From Paraspadella gotoi (lineage: Eukaryota > Animalia > Chaetognatha), in the NCBI GenBank assembly GCA_051294375.1, contig CM119268.1:24041167-24105166 (forward strand): a stretch of 64,000 bases of DNA, in the 5' to 3' direction. The translations under genes were made by a program, and so were the position numbers. Positions 28,101 to 41,001 of this stretch are shown in pieces. Each line of letters starts with the position of its first letter. Positions within the stretch are counted from its first letter, which is position 1. Below the pieces are notes generated by a model. The model had not been told where the DNA came from. It ran no database searches and was given only the letters and a program-made list of their open reading frames with translations.

Positions 28101-31100
28101 CCAAATTAAAAAAACATTTTAAAATATCTCTATTCAAAATAAAAATATAATTAAATACCTAAAATGGTGGAAAACTATGATTTTTTTTAACATTTTTTAT
28201 TTGAAGTAACATTATTTTTTTGCCTCTAACTTTTAAACAATTTAAACAAAGCTACTGAAAGGAAATTCAATATAAATTTAGAAACATTCTGATATTTTTT
28301 AAATCAAACAAGTTTTTGAGTAGATATCCTTTATTAAAAATGTCATATACTTTTTTCCTAGATAGTATTAGTAAATATTTTAACTTTAAAATTTATTAAT
28401 CACGCGAATTAAGAGTTATGTGGCGACTTTCAAAACTTTCAATTGACTTTGTCTCCCGATCTCTTTTTCTTTTTTTTTAATTTCCTTTTTTGTTCACGTT
28501 TATTAATGACATAAGATATTTTTGCAACCTTTCCCGCAATTATTTGTTTGCTCTGTTTTCTTTTCAGAAATAATTTAAAAATAAGATGTTTTCTTGATGT
28601 TTCTAGATCAAAAATAAAATATAATAGTAGTAAGAGTAATTGTAATAGTATATGAACAAAAAAGGAGAAAAAATCCACAAGAAAAGAAAAAGCATAACAA
28701 TAGGCAAACAAATATTTACAGAGTTATTAGCAAAAATGCTCAACCATGTAAAATTGGTCACTAGTCATATGTGACATTAGTTCAATTGTATAATGTCCCC
28801 TAATGTTTATTTTAATGAAAATTTGAAAAATTATTTGTTTCACTATTTTCTATTTTTTTATATTTTATAAAGGATTTTTTATATTAATCTATATATTAAT
28901 ATGCAGGACCTGCTATGTCAATTATCGTTGTAAGAGTGATGGGAGGCGCTTAAACCACCAAAGCCTGTTCCAAAGTCAGGGGCAAGATAGCTTTATTTAT
29001 TAAAATAATGTAATGTATTTTATAGCTTGGTTGTAGCCATTTTCATAAAATTTTCAGCTGCTTGTATTCTATGAATGCTAGTCGTATACAATAAGTCATA
29101 TTCCCCCCGATCTAATTAAACTTAAGGGAGTGGTCTTTTTCATACAATTGAACATCTCTTGAAATATTTTCCACTTCATTGATAGGGAAGCCAGCTACTC
29201 TGGGAGTGAATAAACAGGACTGTGAGAGAGTCTTGATTAAAGCTTTGCAGACCTGCTATGTCATTATCTTGTAAGAGTTATGAGGCCTTAAACCACCAAA
29301 GGCCTTGTCAAATCAGGCAAGATGTTATTTATTAAATGATGGAGAAATATTTTATATTGGCTGTACCAATTTCATTTAATAATATATATATATATGTAGT
29401 CGGGCATTGCTAGTTCACCCCGCCTATAGCATGACACCTTCAGTCCGACCTGGTGGCTCATTGATCATATCATATATCTAATAATGGCAGCAACAACACG
29501 CGACCTTATCAGATTCAAGAACCATATGCCCAAAAATGTTTCCTCTCACTCAATCGCTGACGGTCACCACGGTCATCAGTGACTCGTCTCCCGGCTGTCC
29601 TCAGCCAGCTCATTGTAAAAGTTATTGTACTGTTTTAGACTTTAGCATTTTCTCTTGTTGATTTTGTATTTGTTGTTGGAAATTAAATCATTCTCGACTG
29701 AACCTCGTCTCGTTTACTTAGCCACACGTGGTGAGCCCGATAAACGAGTGAATTAAAAAAAAAAAAAAAAAATTTTTAAACAACCCAAACGACATTCACG
29801 TTTTTGACTCGCATTTCTTTTTTTTTTTCCTTTCATATTTGTGCCAACAATATAATCACCGTTTGTTTTCGTTTTGTGTTGTATTTGTGGCATCGTTTAA
29901 CAGTTGATATAAAACTTGGCTTTCACGGGATCTCACAGACTCCACTCCCTCACGAGCCTCGCCGCCATCGCAAAACCAGATATGCAACGCCGCAGACAAG
30001 AATAGAAGTGATGGCCGCCCAACAAAATTCAAAACGGCGAAGCACACGCGCGCTGAAGGTGAAGAATGACCCGCTTTGTAGAAGCAAGCTCGACGACCCC
30101 AATTGCCAATCCCCTCAATGGTTCAAAATTTTCCGCTTGGCACAGTCGGGAGTCAACAACCTTTCAACTCAGAGAGGCACGGTCGCTGAATGTTATGCAA
30201 AACTCCAGCCTACGCCTCTCCCGACATCATGCCTGGAGCTGAGGCTGCCCCCACAGCGTCGACTGCGCCCTCGAGTGAATGGCGCCCCCCAAACTGCGGC
30301 GCCCCTCGAAGCTGACGCCAGGGTCGACTTCCCCGCGACCCCAGAAACGCCAAAACTCCCGGCGCTCACCAACAATATTGATTCGATGTTGGAACTGCGA
30401 ACTGCGTTTGAAGATCGCCGACGTCTTCGATGAGCGTACCAGGAAGGCGCACCGCTTGCAGCAATCCCCTTCAGACGTCACGCCATCTAACCCCAACATT
30501 CCAAGAACAAAGGCCAGAGGGCGCCACCTCCAGGCTCGTCACCACCTCAAGGCCGTCATGATGAAAATAAGCCCCAACGGGCTTGCAAAGTGCTGAGGAT
30601 GACGTCTTTGAGAGGTAGCACCCCTCATCCAACACCTCGCCGCTCTCCGGTCCAAGCAGCCAGAATCTCACTAAAGCATGACTCCTCTCTGCCCTCCTTA
30701 CTGCCTCCCTGACCTTGCCTCTCGATGCGCGACCTACGTCCAGAAAGAAGACGAGAAGCCTCGACTCTGTAGCCAAACCGGCACGCTTTCACATCTCCGT
30801 CTGGACAATTCCGGAACCAAAACGCTGCAGTGAACGCCTTCACGTTCACAACACCATTCGAAGAAGAACCCTGTCGCACGTACTGTTGAGCCCCGGAAGA
30901 CATTCGCAGACACGGAAAACCGAGACGGTCCCAATGTCATATGCCAATGCCGCTCAGAGACCTTTTCAAAAAACACCACTACGCCTACGAAACCAAACAA
31001 ATGCAACGCCGACACTCAAACAACCACGAACAGCAACGACGACCACCATCACAGTTTCCGTACTTCAGAACCCGGGCTCCCTCCTGGTGAAACTAGATGT

Positions 31101-33564
31101 TCTTCCATTACATCTATGGCAAGCCAGGGCAAGCCAATGCGATGGACCCACCTGCAGCATAGGCTGTCAAACCGCCAAACGCCGGCGGCGTGAGTCGCCC
31201 GCGTCGCCTTGGCGAACTGATTCCAACCTTATCTCTACCTGCGCGACGCGGGACGCCCGTGGAAGTGGCTCGCGATGGTGCGTTCAGAGGGCAACCCTCT
31301 TCGCCCGCTACCGAAGCTGATGCGCCAGGCAGCAACATCCCGCCGCAGTCCAACAGCGGCACTCGACCGCTGCCAACTTCCCAACCCTCCACGCCGCAAA
31401 TGACACACCCATCAAATATCTACGGTCTTCTGAGAGATGCAAATTCGTCTGGCCTCCCGAGCTATCCTTACCTCGTAAGCCCATTGCAGATGTGGCCAAC
31501 GCCCACCTCGGAGCAGATTTCTTGATGGAACACCACCTGGCGCGACCATCGACGCCCGCATCCTGCTCAACTTGATGATGTCAGGTCATCGCCGGCCATC
31601 GGCAAGCCCTTGCCGCAGCACCACTGCGCGTCCACCATGTCCGCGACTCCTGTACTCATCACTGCTTGGACGAGCGACACAGAACTCACGAAGCTGCGTC
31701 TTCAACGCGCACTCCCAAGCATGGGATGAAGCACACATTCAACCAAAGGTCCCCCGGTCTCGCCCGGCCAGACGACTCGCCCCCGACCATACTCCACTGC
31801 TGCAAAGGCAGAGTTCAAGCAGATGGAGGAACTAGCATCATCCGCCGCTCTACCTCCCGCATGGCATCCCCTCTACACGTCACCGCGCAAACCAGAGGCC
31901 CTCCCTCTCGACCTTGTGGGACTACGGCGCCTAATGGCGCCACCAATGACACCGTTATCCAATCCGCCACTCGATTGGACTTCAATCAGACATAGCGGGA
32001 AAAAAACAGCTTTCTCAAGATCGCATCTCTGCAAAAAGGATACCATCAACCCTGTGCCAAGAATACCGCCAAGAAGACTGCCATCATCACCCCCTTCGGC
32101 CTCTGGCGAGTTCGACTTCATGCCAATTATGGCTGGAAAAATTGCAGCCCAAGACTTCCAGGAATATTGGATCAGGTCCTCAACCCATCCCGCATGTCTT
32201 CATTCTACCTGGACGACCTCTTTTTTTAGTCCCATGAAGAGCACCTCGAAGATCTCAAGCGGCTTTTTATATTTCGTTTATATATTTCTCGTCGTCAACC
32301 GCACTATAATGTGTCTTGGCCCCCAGCTCTTGTTAATTCTCTGGGCTTTACACGTGGACCGCTTTTTTATATTTATATCTCAGCAAAATTGATGCGATCC
32401 GCACATGACTCGCCCACCCATCAAGGGTTGCAGCGTTCCTCGGATGCTGCAAACTACTACCGGCGCTTCATCCCGTATCTCTCTATCACCTTAGCCTCCG
32501 CTTACGAACTTATCACGGGAAAGCGGCGCACTTCGATGGACAGCGCCACAAAGAATGCTATGTCTATTTCACTATTCAATTCAAGAAATTTCCTTCTTTC
32601 GTCCGCCCACACTCTTGTCACCGACGATGGCGCCCCACTCGCCGACTGTAGACGCACTATTCTGTCTTCTTATTGGCTTGCTTTCTTCTTGGACGTCTGT
32701 CTTGATGGTTATGCATGGCAACCATTGGTTTTTCTCTGTCCTGAATGCTTAAATAAGCTCGCAGATCTAAGTGGGCCTCCGTTTGACAAAACTGTACGCT
32801 GCCCATTTTCATGTCTTCTCTACTTTTTCTGTCTTGTCTATTGTCTTTGATGTGTGTGGGTGTAGCTCGTGTTGGGGTTTTCTCTGTATTCACACTCATT
32901 TAGCGACCACATCTCGCTCGTCCCCGCACTCCGGAAAAAAAGGACGAGCACACACAAGCGCCAAACATATCAGCTTGCTGAATTGCAGAATTCAACCTCT
33001 GACATTCGAACACATCGCCGAAAAGTCAAACATCGTTAGCCATGCCCTTTCCCGACCATTTAGAGGGGAGGTCAGTGTTGTCTTCGGAAATAGAGGGAGC
33101 ATCTAATACAACACAAGGTTAATTATCTTAATCTCCTCTTTTTCTTCTAATATAATCATCATCATCATTCTGTTAGAATATTATTAATAAAAAATCATAA
33201 TATTACGAGCCTGAACAGAAAGGGTTGGGAATGGGTAATTTTTTGAGAGGGGACCAAAGTTATATTAAATTATTATATTTACTGATATCATTTGATTTTA
33301 CTTTTTAATCTTAAAAGAGAGTAATTACTATTTAGTTGATCAAACAGCTTTCAACTTTTTAAATTTTTTTCTGCCTCAACCTAAAGATTTGCTTCAATGA
33401 AATCGACAAAATCCGAGCTTTAAACTACGACGAAGATTTCTACTCTTCGTTTGACGAAGCGTTGGAGAAAAGAATGGAGGTCGTTGCTAAGCGACAGTTT
33501 GGAATCGCTTATGAGTGGAAGTTAAAGGGAAGTCCGTGGAAATGGGGACAGTGGCAAAATAAGG
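13115..33564 (+). CDS. Uncharacterised four-repeat-domain protein with a putative N-myristoylation start (MGQGSS); exons 13115-13196, 13401-13512, 14305-14429, 14593-14762, 15058-gap, 15820-15924, 16069-16161, 20412-20702, 21444-21567, 25220-25337, 26449-26886, 27237-27323, 27484-27609, 33387-33564; 3' end not seen (possibly in the gap)
   Basis: A repeated motif set occurs four times: EFWPPGVQ..RIKLNGSPF..GWQPLVSSD; EFVIDGSPW..GWHLIINTN; EYWPKGIQ..LKLRGTPWW..GWIIKCCLD; EWKLKGSPW. GT-AG junctions are mostly phase-compatible; a few 1-nt indels are probably sequencing noise. It could alternatively be two tandem paralogs split at ~20732/21522. Confidence 0.7.
13481..13772. repeat. ~40-bp tandem repeat x7 spanning a splice donor
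   Basis: Unit ttggagttcaatgggatggacctgagccaaag|gttagacc. Confidence 0.95.
16508..20248. mobile_element. CAC-terminated DNA-transposon-like repeat (shorter copy ~2248-3071); internally duplicated in the assembly
   Basis: Starts cactgtgcaaaaaggcgg..atcaaaattcgaatag and ends tattcgaattttgat..tactgtg. Long blocks are shared with 2250-2750. No clear TSD. Confidence 0.55.
17507..17675 (+). mobile_element. 5'-truncated non-LTR retrotransposon 3' end (other copies 28905-29047, 29130-29375, 33845-34010, 43190-43385, decayed 6115-6212)
   Basis: The copies share a 3' region (several end tgtaccaatttcat) and have variable 5' ends. The consensus translates HTIEHLLKY..TSLIGKPGTLGVNKQDCERVLIESLQDLLCHYLVRVMEALNHQSLSKVRGKIAYLLK*, resembling the C-terminal zinc-knuckle region of a LINE ORF2. 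Confidence 0.7.
20485..20648 (+). repeat. Coding 21-bp repeat (RTKDSSA) x ~7
   Basis: aggacaaaggattcgtcggca units, in frame inside exon 20412-20702. Confidence 0.9.
21631..21805. mobile_element. 175-bp fold-back insertion of the hammerhead family 3' end; 12-bp TSD TAAAGTCTAATT
   Basis: ~65-bp imperfect hairpin centred on gcgagcGAAACATGTC, with the tail on the left arm. The TSD is at 21619-21630 and 21806-21817. Confidence 0.75.
21851..24354. mobile_element. Non-autonomous DNA transposon with long (~400 bp) imperfect TIRs, CACTG termini, TA flanks (EnSpm/CACTA-like)
   Basis: 21851-22240 is the reverse complement of ~23960-24354. It carries a nested hammerhead-family fragment. Confidence 0.75.
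23410..23457 (+). ncRNA. Degenerate hammerhead motif within a PLE-type fragment (~23160-23550)
   Basis: aaaca-tTTCATGA-A-GACTCG(aaaa)CGAGTC-GAAA-CATG-TC-tgttt. Stems I, II and III are intact but the CUGAUGA core is mutated. Confidence 0.6.
24395..25212 (+). mobile_element. Helentron-associated (DINE-1/HINE-like) non-autonomous repeat; related short pieces ~2075-2150, 12420-12530, 15720-15785
   Basis: T-flanked element with (GTCC/GTCT)n microsatellites near the 5' end, ending aaacttgtttt. The assignment is by general pattern only. Confidence 0.4.
26183..26460. repeat. Acceptor-spanning repeat x5 interleaved with (AATTT)n
   Basis: aattaacag|accaacggattct units. Confidence 0.9.
27781..28365 (-). 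mobile_element. Tc1-family deletion derivative
   Basis: TA-flanked TIRs ctatctaggaaaaaagtatat / atatacttttttcctagatag. The minus strand encodes LYESMTR*MQAVVNAEEGHTKY, the Tc1 transposase C-terminus. Confidence 0.8.
29395..33075 (+). mobile_element. Decayed Ty3/Gypsy LTR retrotransposon (5' LTR 29395-29726, PBS TGGTGAGCCC, gag-protease-RT-RNase H remnants; integrase and 3' LTR not seen)
   Basis: The LTR runs TGT..ACA and is followed by a TGG PBS. Frameshifted remnants include HAANDTPIK, LGADFL, IIRRSTS.WASPLHV, RPCGDYRRLN, KTAIITPFG, YLDD (~32207), NYYRRFIP and EHIAEKSNIVSHALSRP, then a purine tract at ~33060. Confidence 0.88.
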
Positions 33565-34324
33565 GTGAGTAATTGAAGGAATGTGCGTTTATTGGCGGGA
33601 AAAGTATGGACGTGAAAAGAATTCACAATGTTTTATTTATAAACTTGGAGCAACCTTAATAAAAATCATATTTTCATTCAATAAATAAGCTATTTTGAAT
33701 TAAGGTCTCGTTATCATAATAAAGCCTTTCATTCTTTCAATCAAGTTATTCACTTTCATAGTATTTGGCTTCTTTGTTATACTATTTCCTGTGATGATAT
33801 TGTTTCACGATCTAATACATTACTCATTACTTAAAGAAGTGTCCATTTTATACAATTGAAATATTATTTTAAATATTATGCCACTTCATTGATAGGGAAG
33901 CCAGGTACTCTGGGAGTGAATATGTCATTATCTTGTAAGAGTGATGGAGGCCTTAAACCACCAAAGCCTGTCCAAAGTCAGGGGCAAGATAGCTTATTTG
34001 TTATCATAATGGTTCTACTGATTTCAATCCATTCATTCAGCTTTAGCTATTCATCTACACCACATTCTTCATTCAATTGGTTTTTCTGTCCTCGTTTCTG
34101 CTGACACGTCATCAAAATTTGTTCCAACCGACGCTGGAGCTTCATACGCTATGGACGCACATTCTTGGTTTTTCGTTCCGACTCCAGATTTAGAATTCAT
34201 GAGAAGTGGAATGCATGAAAGAGACACTGCAGTCAATAGAAATTCACTGGAAGCTTTGGTTAGTCTTTATATCTTATCTTAAACTAATAACATCTTATAT
34301 TAAACTATTCATCATTTAATATAT

Positions 34325-35355
34325 TGTGGAAAAGGCGCTAAGCGGTCTGAAGAGAGCTATCCGCAACTTTTTTAACCCTTTCTAGCACCCATGAAACGTG
34401 TGGTCCTTGTGTCCCGCCTACAGCTCTTAGCTCGAATCACCCGGACGCGGCCGCCAAAACGCAAACCGACGGGCACACAACACTTTCAACCGGCGTTCAA
34501 TCGAATAAATGCACTCCAGCCAGATCCAGCCCCAAGCGGCGGGGGTTGGTAGGACAGCGGGACTGGATTCACGCTGGGGCGGTCGCGCCAGCAGCGTCGG
34601 CGTGTGAGAGCCGTCGCGAGCACGTTTTGGACAGCGTCGACGGTGTTCAGAAGCGGCCAGCGCATCAACGAACGCAGCCATCGACGGTCCCGGGCGGGGC
34701 CGTACACGCCGTCCCTCGGAGCAGATTCCGAGCGCCGCCTCACCGCGTTGGCGGCGCCGATGAGATGACCAAGGTTGCTTTTACCAACAGGATCGCGACC
34801 AGACGCCGACCCGAGATCGTGCCAGATTGTGGCCGAGCCGCCGGTGGCAACAAGGCGACAGCGTAAACCCGGACGAGCGCGTGCCAGTAATTTCCCTGCG
34901 AGAAATACCGCGGAGGACCCGCGAAGTAATTTGGACGGCAACGGTCTCACGCTTCCCTTCGGGAGGGGGACATTGAGATCCGGTGAACCTAAAAAAGTGG
35001 GTCTTATGTAGCTTAGATGGTGCGGTAACTACTCGAGGAAATAACCCTGCCCCTGAGCAGTGATTCCAGATAAGCTCGAAGATAGGCGGGTATTTATTGG
35101 GCCGGAATATGAGTCCGCTGTCACACTATAATTTCTTCTCATGTTTTTAACTCATTGAACCCTGCGCATGGCTAAATCCGTGGAGAAGAGTGAACGCAGG
35201 CGTAGCTGCCCACAATTGGCGTAAAAAGTCCAAAAGGAAAAAGAGTGCAAGCAACAGATAATACTGAAAGCCGTGAAAAAAAATGATTGTTGGATCGGTT
35301 GATTGAACTGAAGTTGTTTATGATATTGAACGAAACCAGATTGAGCCGGGCTGGA
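34325..35355. mobile_element. GC-rich LTR-related repeat fragment
   Basis: Begins tgtggaaaaggcgct..ctgaaga..tccgcaa like the 49804 LTR end and shows an abrupt GC shift. No recognisable protein domain. Confidence 0.4.
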
Positions 35356-36431
35356 NNNNNNNNNNNNNNNNNNNNNNNNNCACAGAAATCGTCAATCGAT
35401 TAATTTCTTTGTCAGTAAATCGGTAATTCCCTGAATAAATAAATATTATCAATGGAAAAAAAAATATTCAGAAATACTGAGTGGTTTTGATTAATGTAGA
35501 TACTTTGGATAATATGAAAAGTATAAAAACAAATATTCAGCAGTCCTTAAGCTATTTGGGAATAACTTTGGACCTTTGTTACTTAAGAACAGTCACATTA
35601 AAAGTTTTAAAAACATTTATTGAAACTTCATGAACGTCGTTTTCTGTCGATGCACAAAACCTCGAAGGATGTTGATAGAATAATAGAAAAATGGATATTT
35701 TTACGTGACGGGTTTNNNNNNNNNNNNNNNNNNNNNNNNNNNNNNNNNNNNNNNNNNNNNNNNNNNNNNNNNNNNNNNNNNNNNNNNNNNNNNNNNNNNN
35801 NNNNNNNNNNNNNNNNNNNNNNNNNNNNNNNNNNNNNNNNNNNNNNNNNNNNNNNNNNNNNNNNNNNNNNNNNNNNNNNNNNNNNNNNNNNNNNNNNNNN
35901 NNNNNNNNNNNNNNNNNNNNNNNNNNNNNNNNNNNNNNNNNNNNNNNNNNNNNNNNNNNNNNNNNNNNNNNNNNNNNNNNNNNNNNNNNNNNNNNNNNNN
36001 NNNNNNNNNNNNNNNNNNNNNNNNNNNNNNNNNNNNNNNNNNNNNNNNNNNNNNNNNNNNNNNNNNNNNNNNNNNNNNNNNNNNNNNNNNNNNNNNNNNN
36101 NNNNNNNNNNNNNNNNNNNNNNNNNNNNNNNNNNNNNNNNNNNNNNNNNNNNNNNNNNNNNNNNNNNNNNNNNNNNNNNNNNNNNNNNNNNNNNNNNNNN
36201 NNNNNNNNNNNNNNNNNNNNNNNNNNNNNNNNNNNNNNNNNNNNNNNNNNNNNNNNNNNNNNNNNNNNNNNNNNNNNNNNNNNNNNNNNNNAGTGAAATA
36301 TTGAAAATGAAATGGAAAAGGATAGTTTGTGTGGGATAGTTAAGATAAAGAGGGAAGAGAAAAATAAGTAAAGAAAGAGCTCAAAATGTCCTCACATCTG
36401 ACCACTTTCCTTTACTAAATTCTTTGTTGGA

Positions 36432-36520
<89 letters not shown>

Positions 36521-36548
36521 GTTTGTGAAATAAATTATTTGTGATTTC

Positions 36549-36593
36549 AAATGCTGATGAAGGCTTGAGTTGTAAGCCGAAACATGTCCAAAG
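36549..36593 (+). ncRNA. Minimal type I hammerhead ribozyme motif within a PLE-type 3' fragment (36390-36660)
   Basis: CTGATGA-A-GGCTT(gagttgt)AAGCC-GAAA-CATG-TC gives a perfect core and stem II; stem I is weak. The upstream cctcacatctgaccact and (CT)n context is shared with other family copies. Confidence 0.75.
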
Positions 36594-37104
36594 TTAATAA
36601 AAAACTTTATTGTTGTTCCACGAAAATTTTCGTTTTTAATTATTCTCAAAAACTATATTTGAAATACTCAAGAAGCTTAAGACTAAGAGCATTTTGCACT
36701 GGAATTTATTAAAAGAGATATAACCTAACCTAAGCACAACTTCACTGACCTTTTAAACTCAGTGATGGAGCAGCAGTCAGGTCAGTTGAGCTGTGCGCAG
36801 TTTTAAACTCAGTGATGGAGCAGCAGTCAGGTCAGTTCAGCTGTGCGCAGTTCCAAAACAGTTTGCTTCTTTCGGGATTGATAGTTGTCAAAAACTATTT
36901 ACAATAATGGAAATATGTTCTTTATACATTTTTTTATTATCATACCAATTTTCAAAATTTTAATTTAATTTTTACTGCTTCAAATGAGTTGTTTAATTCA
37001 TTCCCAAAATAGCTCGAAGACCCAGTATCTTACTTTTTAGTTGCTTTATTAATTATTATCCAAATAATTTATTAGTTTCTTTTTTTTACAGACTTTTGTA
37101 ATCT

Positions 37105-37625
37105 TGTTCTTTTCTATTTTAATCCATTGTTCCTCTCTTTTTTATTTTATAATCTAATCCATTGTTCCTTTTTTTATTTTCTATTCTAATCCATTGTTCC
37201 TCTCTTTTTTCTTTTCTATTCTAATCCATTGTTCCTCTTTTTTCTTTTCTCTTCTAATTCATTGTTCCTCTTTTTTTTCTTCTTTATTTTAATCCATTAT
37301 TCCTCTCTTTTTTCTTCCTTATTTTAATCCATTATTCCTTTTTTTTCTTTTCTATTCTAATCCATTATTCCTCTCTTTTTTCTTCTTTATTTTAATCCAT
37401 TGTTCCTTTTTTTCTTTTTTATTCTAATCCATTGTTCCTTTTTTTCTTTTCTATTCTAATCCATTGTTCCTCTCTTTTTTCTTCTTTATTTTAATCCATT
37501 GTTCCTTTTTTTTTCTATTCTAATCCATTGTTCCTCTCTTTTTTCTTCTTTATTTTAATCCATTGTTCTTATTTTTATTTCTCTATTCTAATCCATTATT
37601 CCTATCTTTTTGCTTCTCTATTTTG
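37105..37625. repeat. ~30-bp minisatellite (ttctattctaatccattgttcctctcttttt)
   Basis: Visible tandem array. Confidence 0.9.
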
Positions 37626-37709
37626 TTATTGTTGTTGTGTTTTCCATTTCAATTCTTTCTTATTTCGTCGAATTTCAATGAAATCCTAACGACGAATTAT
37701 AAATGAGCT

Positions 37710-37742
<33 letters not shown>

Positions 37743-38268
37743 GCCTCGTAATTTACAGCTTTGAAGTCGTTACGAGCTGTCGTCGTCGTCTTTGTCGTCG
37801 TCGTCTTTGTCGTCGTCGTCTATATCGTCGTCGTTGTTGTTGTTGTTGTTGTTATTGCCAGAAATTATTGTCTTAGGTCCAGGGTACAGTGGGAAGGGGA
37901 AGCCAATTTGTCTAAGGAAAAAAATAATATGGATATTAAACATGATAAAAATTCTGTTTGAGCATCTCTCGATTCCTTGTATTTTTTCATTGGCTAAATC
38001 TATTCTCATTCGACCACGGGCAGGGTCGTGTCTTGTAATGACAGGCCGTGGTCCTGTCAAGTCATGACCGGCCTCGTTCGTGTCAAGTCATGACCGGCCA
38101 CGTTCGAGTCAAGTCATGACTGGCGTAACAAAGTCTTTTTAACAATAATTTTCCCAAAAGGCTTAATTCAAAAGATACATAGGTTGTATATATAAATAAA
38201 TATTTTAGAAAAAAATATAAAACGTTTATGTTACAATGTAGAGAGTGAAAAGTTCGGAAGCAGAGACA

Positions 38269-38334
<66 letters not shown>

Positions 38335-38498
38335 TAGATAAGAACAATTTCTTTTTAGAATTAATCTGTACAGTTTTGCTTAAATAAACCCAAAACGTAA
38401 ACTTATAAATAAAAAAATAAATGAAAAAATAATAATAAAAAAAATAAGAATTCAATTTGTTTTCTCCAAATTTTGGATGTTCATTTGTTGAACTGACA

Positions 38499-38785
38499 AT
38501 GTCGACGACTGCGATCCTGGCGGATCAACTCACAAACTATAATGTCAACAAAAATGCAGACGAAGAGGAGAAAGGAGAATCCTCGGCGGCCTTGGTATGA
38601 AATGACATGGCACAGAAGTTAACATGACATGGCACAGAATTTAACATGAGCCGACATTTTTAAACATGGCTGCTTTCAGGCGCCACTCACCATATTTTCT
38701 GACATGGATCCAGACCAAAGAAGCGAAATTAGAGAAATGGCTGCAGCTCTTGGAGAGAAATATCAACCAAACTCTCCAGGTGAGA

Positions 38786-38841
<56 letters not shown>

Positions 38842-39411
38842 TTCTCTCTTTAAAATACTGCTTAATATTTATTGTCCCATTTTTAAGGTCAAATGCCAAA
38901 GTACAGCGAAGTCGCCAGAGGTAATATCGTTGTTGTTGTTGTAGTCTTTTCTTTCCTCCTCCTACTCCTCCCCCTTCTCCTTTCTCCACCTTCTCTTTCT
39001 TTCTCCTACTTCTCCTCTCCTCTCCCTCACTTCTCCCTCCTCTTCCTCCTCCTCCTCTTCCTCTCCCACCTCTTTCTCCTCCTCCCTTCCTCCCCTTCCC
39101 CTCCTCTTCCCATCCTCCTCCTCATCCTCCTCCTCCTTCCTCCTCCTCCTTTTCTCTCTCCCTCCTCTTTCCCCTCTTCCTCTTCCTTCTCCCTCCCTAA
39201 TCCTCTTCCCTCCTCCTTCCTCTTTCCTTCCCCTTCTCCTCCTCCTCCTCCTCCTCCAGAACTGAAGGAGATGTTGGACAAGAAGTATGCCCCGGAATGG
39301 CACGTCTGCGTTGGAGAAGCCTTCGGTTTTCAAGTCACCTACGAATTAGGGAATTTCATTTATCTCTACGTTTTGGGGAATGTTGCCATTTTGGCCTGGA
39401 AATGCGCTTGA
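38499..39411 (+). CDS. DNAL4: Dynein light chain (LC8 family), DNAL4-like; exons 38499-38594, 38680-38779, 38888-38920, 39260-39411 (126 aa)
   Basis: PLTIFSDMDPDQRSEIREMA..EKY / ELKEMLDKKYAPEWHVCVGEAFGFQVTYE..IYLYVLGNVAILAWKCA*. The exon lengths sum to 381 nt in frame, and the WKC C-terminus is typical of DNAL4. Confidence 0.88.
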
Positions 39412-39565
39412 GAGAATCAGGGGTCGGGAAGGGGGAGCGGTTTTTGGGATCTGGAAAAATCAACAGTTGAAAATTGAAGATTTAAAACTGGCGTGGGGTG
39501 TTGAAGGGAAAGAGAGAAGTCATGAGTTGAATGGATTATCTCTGGTTAGATCTGATAACAAAACA

Positions 39566-39597
<32 letters not shown>

Positions 39598-41001
39598 AAA
39601 ATGGGGATTTAAGTTTTAAAAAAATATTAAACTAAATTAAATATATTATTTTTTTTGTTTTTCTTTTGAAGCAAACGAAAAAAAGTGGTAGAAAATGGTG
39701 TGGCGCGGCGTGGCCTGATCTGGCGTGGCGTGTCTTGGCGTGACGTAATGTGGCGTAGCGTTAAAACTAGATATAACAAATTTCTTTTGACAATGGCGTT
39801 ATCGCTTGAGGTTGACGTTAAAGGCCAGTGGCATCCGTTCGTCTCTGTCCGTCTCCCAATTTATCAACTGATTAGAATTGATACATAAACGAAACTTGGC
39901 TGATTATGGACCAAATTGACTTGATTGTGGAAAGACATGGCTGAGACGAAGAAAGTAATTCTGGTTTATGAAAAAAATTAAATAAAAAACATTAAATTTG
40001 AAAGATAAATAATAAACATTAAATTTAACTTAAAAAATTAGCACAAACTCATTCCAGATTAAATTCACTTTTTTTATTTCATTTCTTTTATTTCATTGTT
40101 TGCATTTAAATTGTTAACTTGCGACTTTTTACAGTCTCTCCGTCCGTCCAAATGCCTGCAATAAAATTCTTTCGCTTAAAATTCCGGCTCTTTTTTCCGA
40201 ATGCCTCCTACTTCGTTTTAATTTTTTAATTTAACCTAAACTAGATACCTCACTCGAGATCCAATATTATGAAGAGACAGTAATTATTTTTTTATATATT
40301 TTTATCGGGGTCCATGGAGGATGATATAAATATTCACTTTCAAAAAACCGTTTTTAAATTCCTACAATGGTTTCCGAGATATAGTCATTAGACCTTTCCA
40401 TATATAAAAAGTTTTGAAATAAAAAAAGAGTATTGTGTAAAAGGTACCCATACATCATATGAATTTTTTGAACATTTTTTTTTTAAATTTACAGTAAATG
40501 CTGCCAACTTTGAAAAAAATGAAAAAAATGGTAAAAAATATACTTTTTGCTAAATATCTTTAAAAGCTTTATTGTTAGAGGGACGAAACCCAAACTATGT
40601 TTTAGAGCTGAAAAATTGACTGTTACATGCCTTGGATTATAAATTAAGTTATTTTTTTACTAAGGAAAATTTTTTTAAAACCTATTGTTTTGGGCAATTT
40701 TTGATCAAATTTTTTAAAAATGATATTTTTAACAATGTTTGTGAAATTTTTTTTTTAAATTATGGCGAATTTAATAAAAAGATATTTGCCTTTGTTTTGC
40801 TGAAAGAATTTTTTAAACAACAGTTATCGGTTAAAAGTTATAATTTTTTAATTTAAAAAAAATCATTTTTTGTTAAAATTTTTTTTAATTATTAAAATAG
40901 GTTTGAACTAGGCTAAGGGAAAAATTTTTACACAGCTTTTATTTAAATCGGAGTTAAAAGTATAACAGTTTTTTTGCATTAAAAATTTCAATGAAGGCAT
41001 G

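Noticed and set aside
38921-39259. In-frame, stop-free DNAL4 intron (possible retained-intron membrane isoform)
   Set aside because: C/T-only composition precludes stops, and a 3n length has a one-in-three chance.
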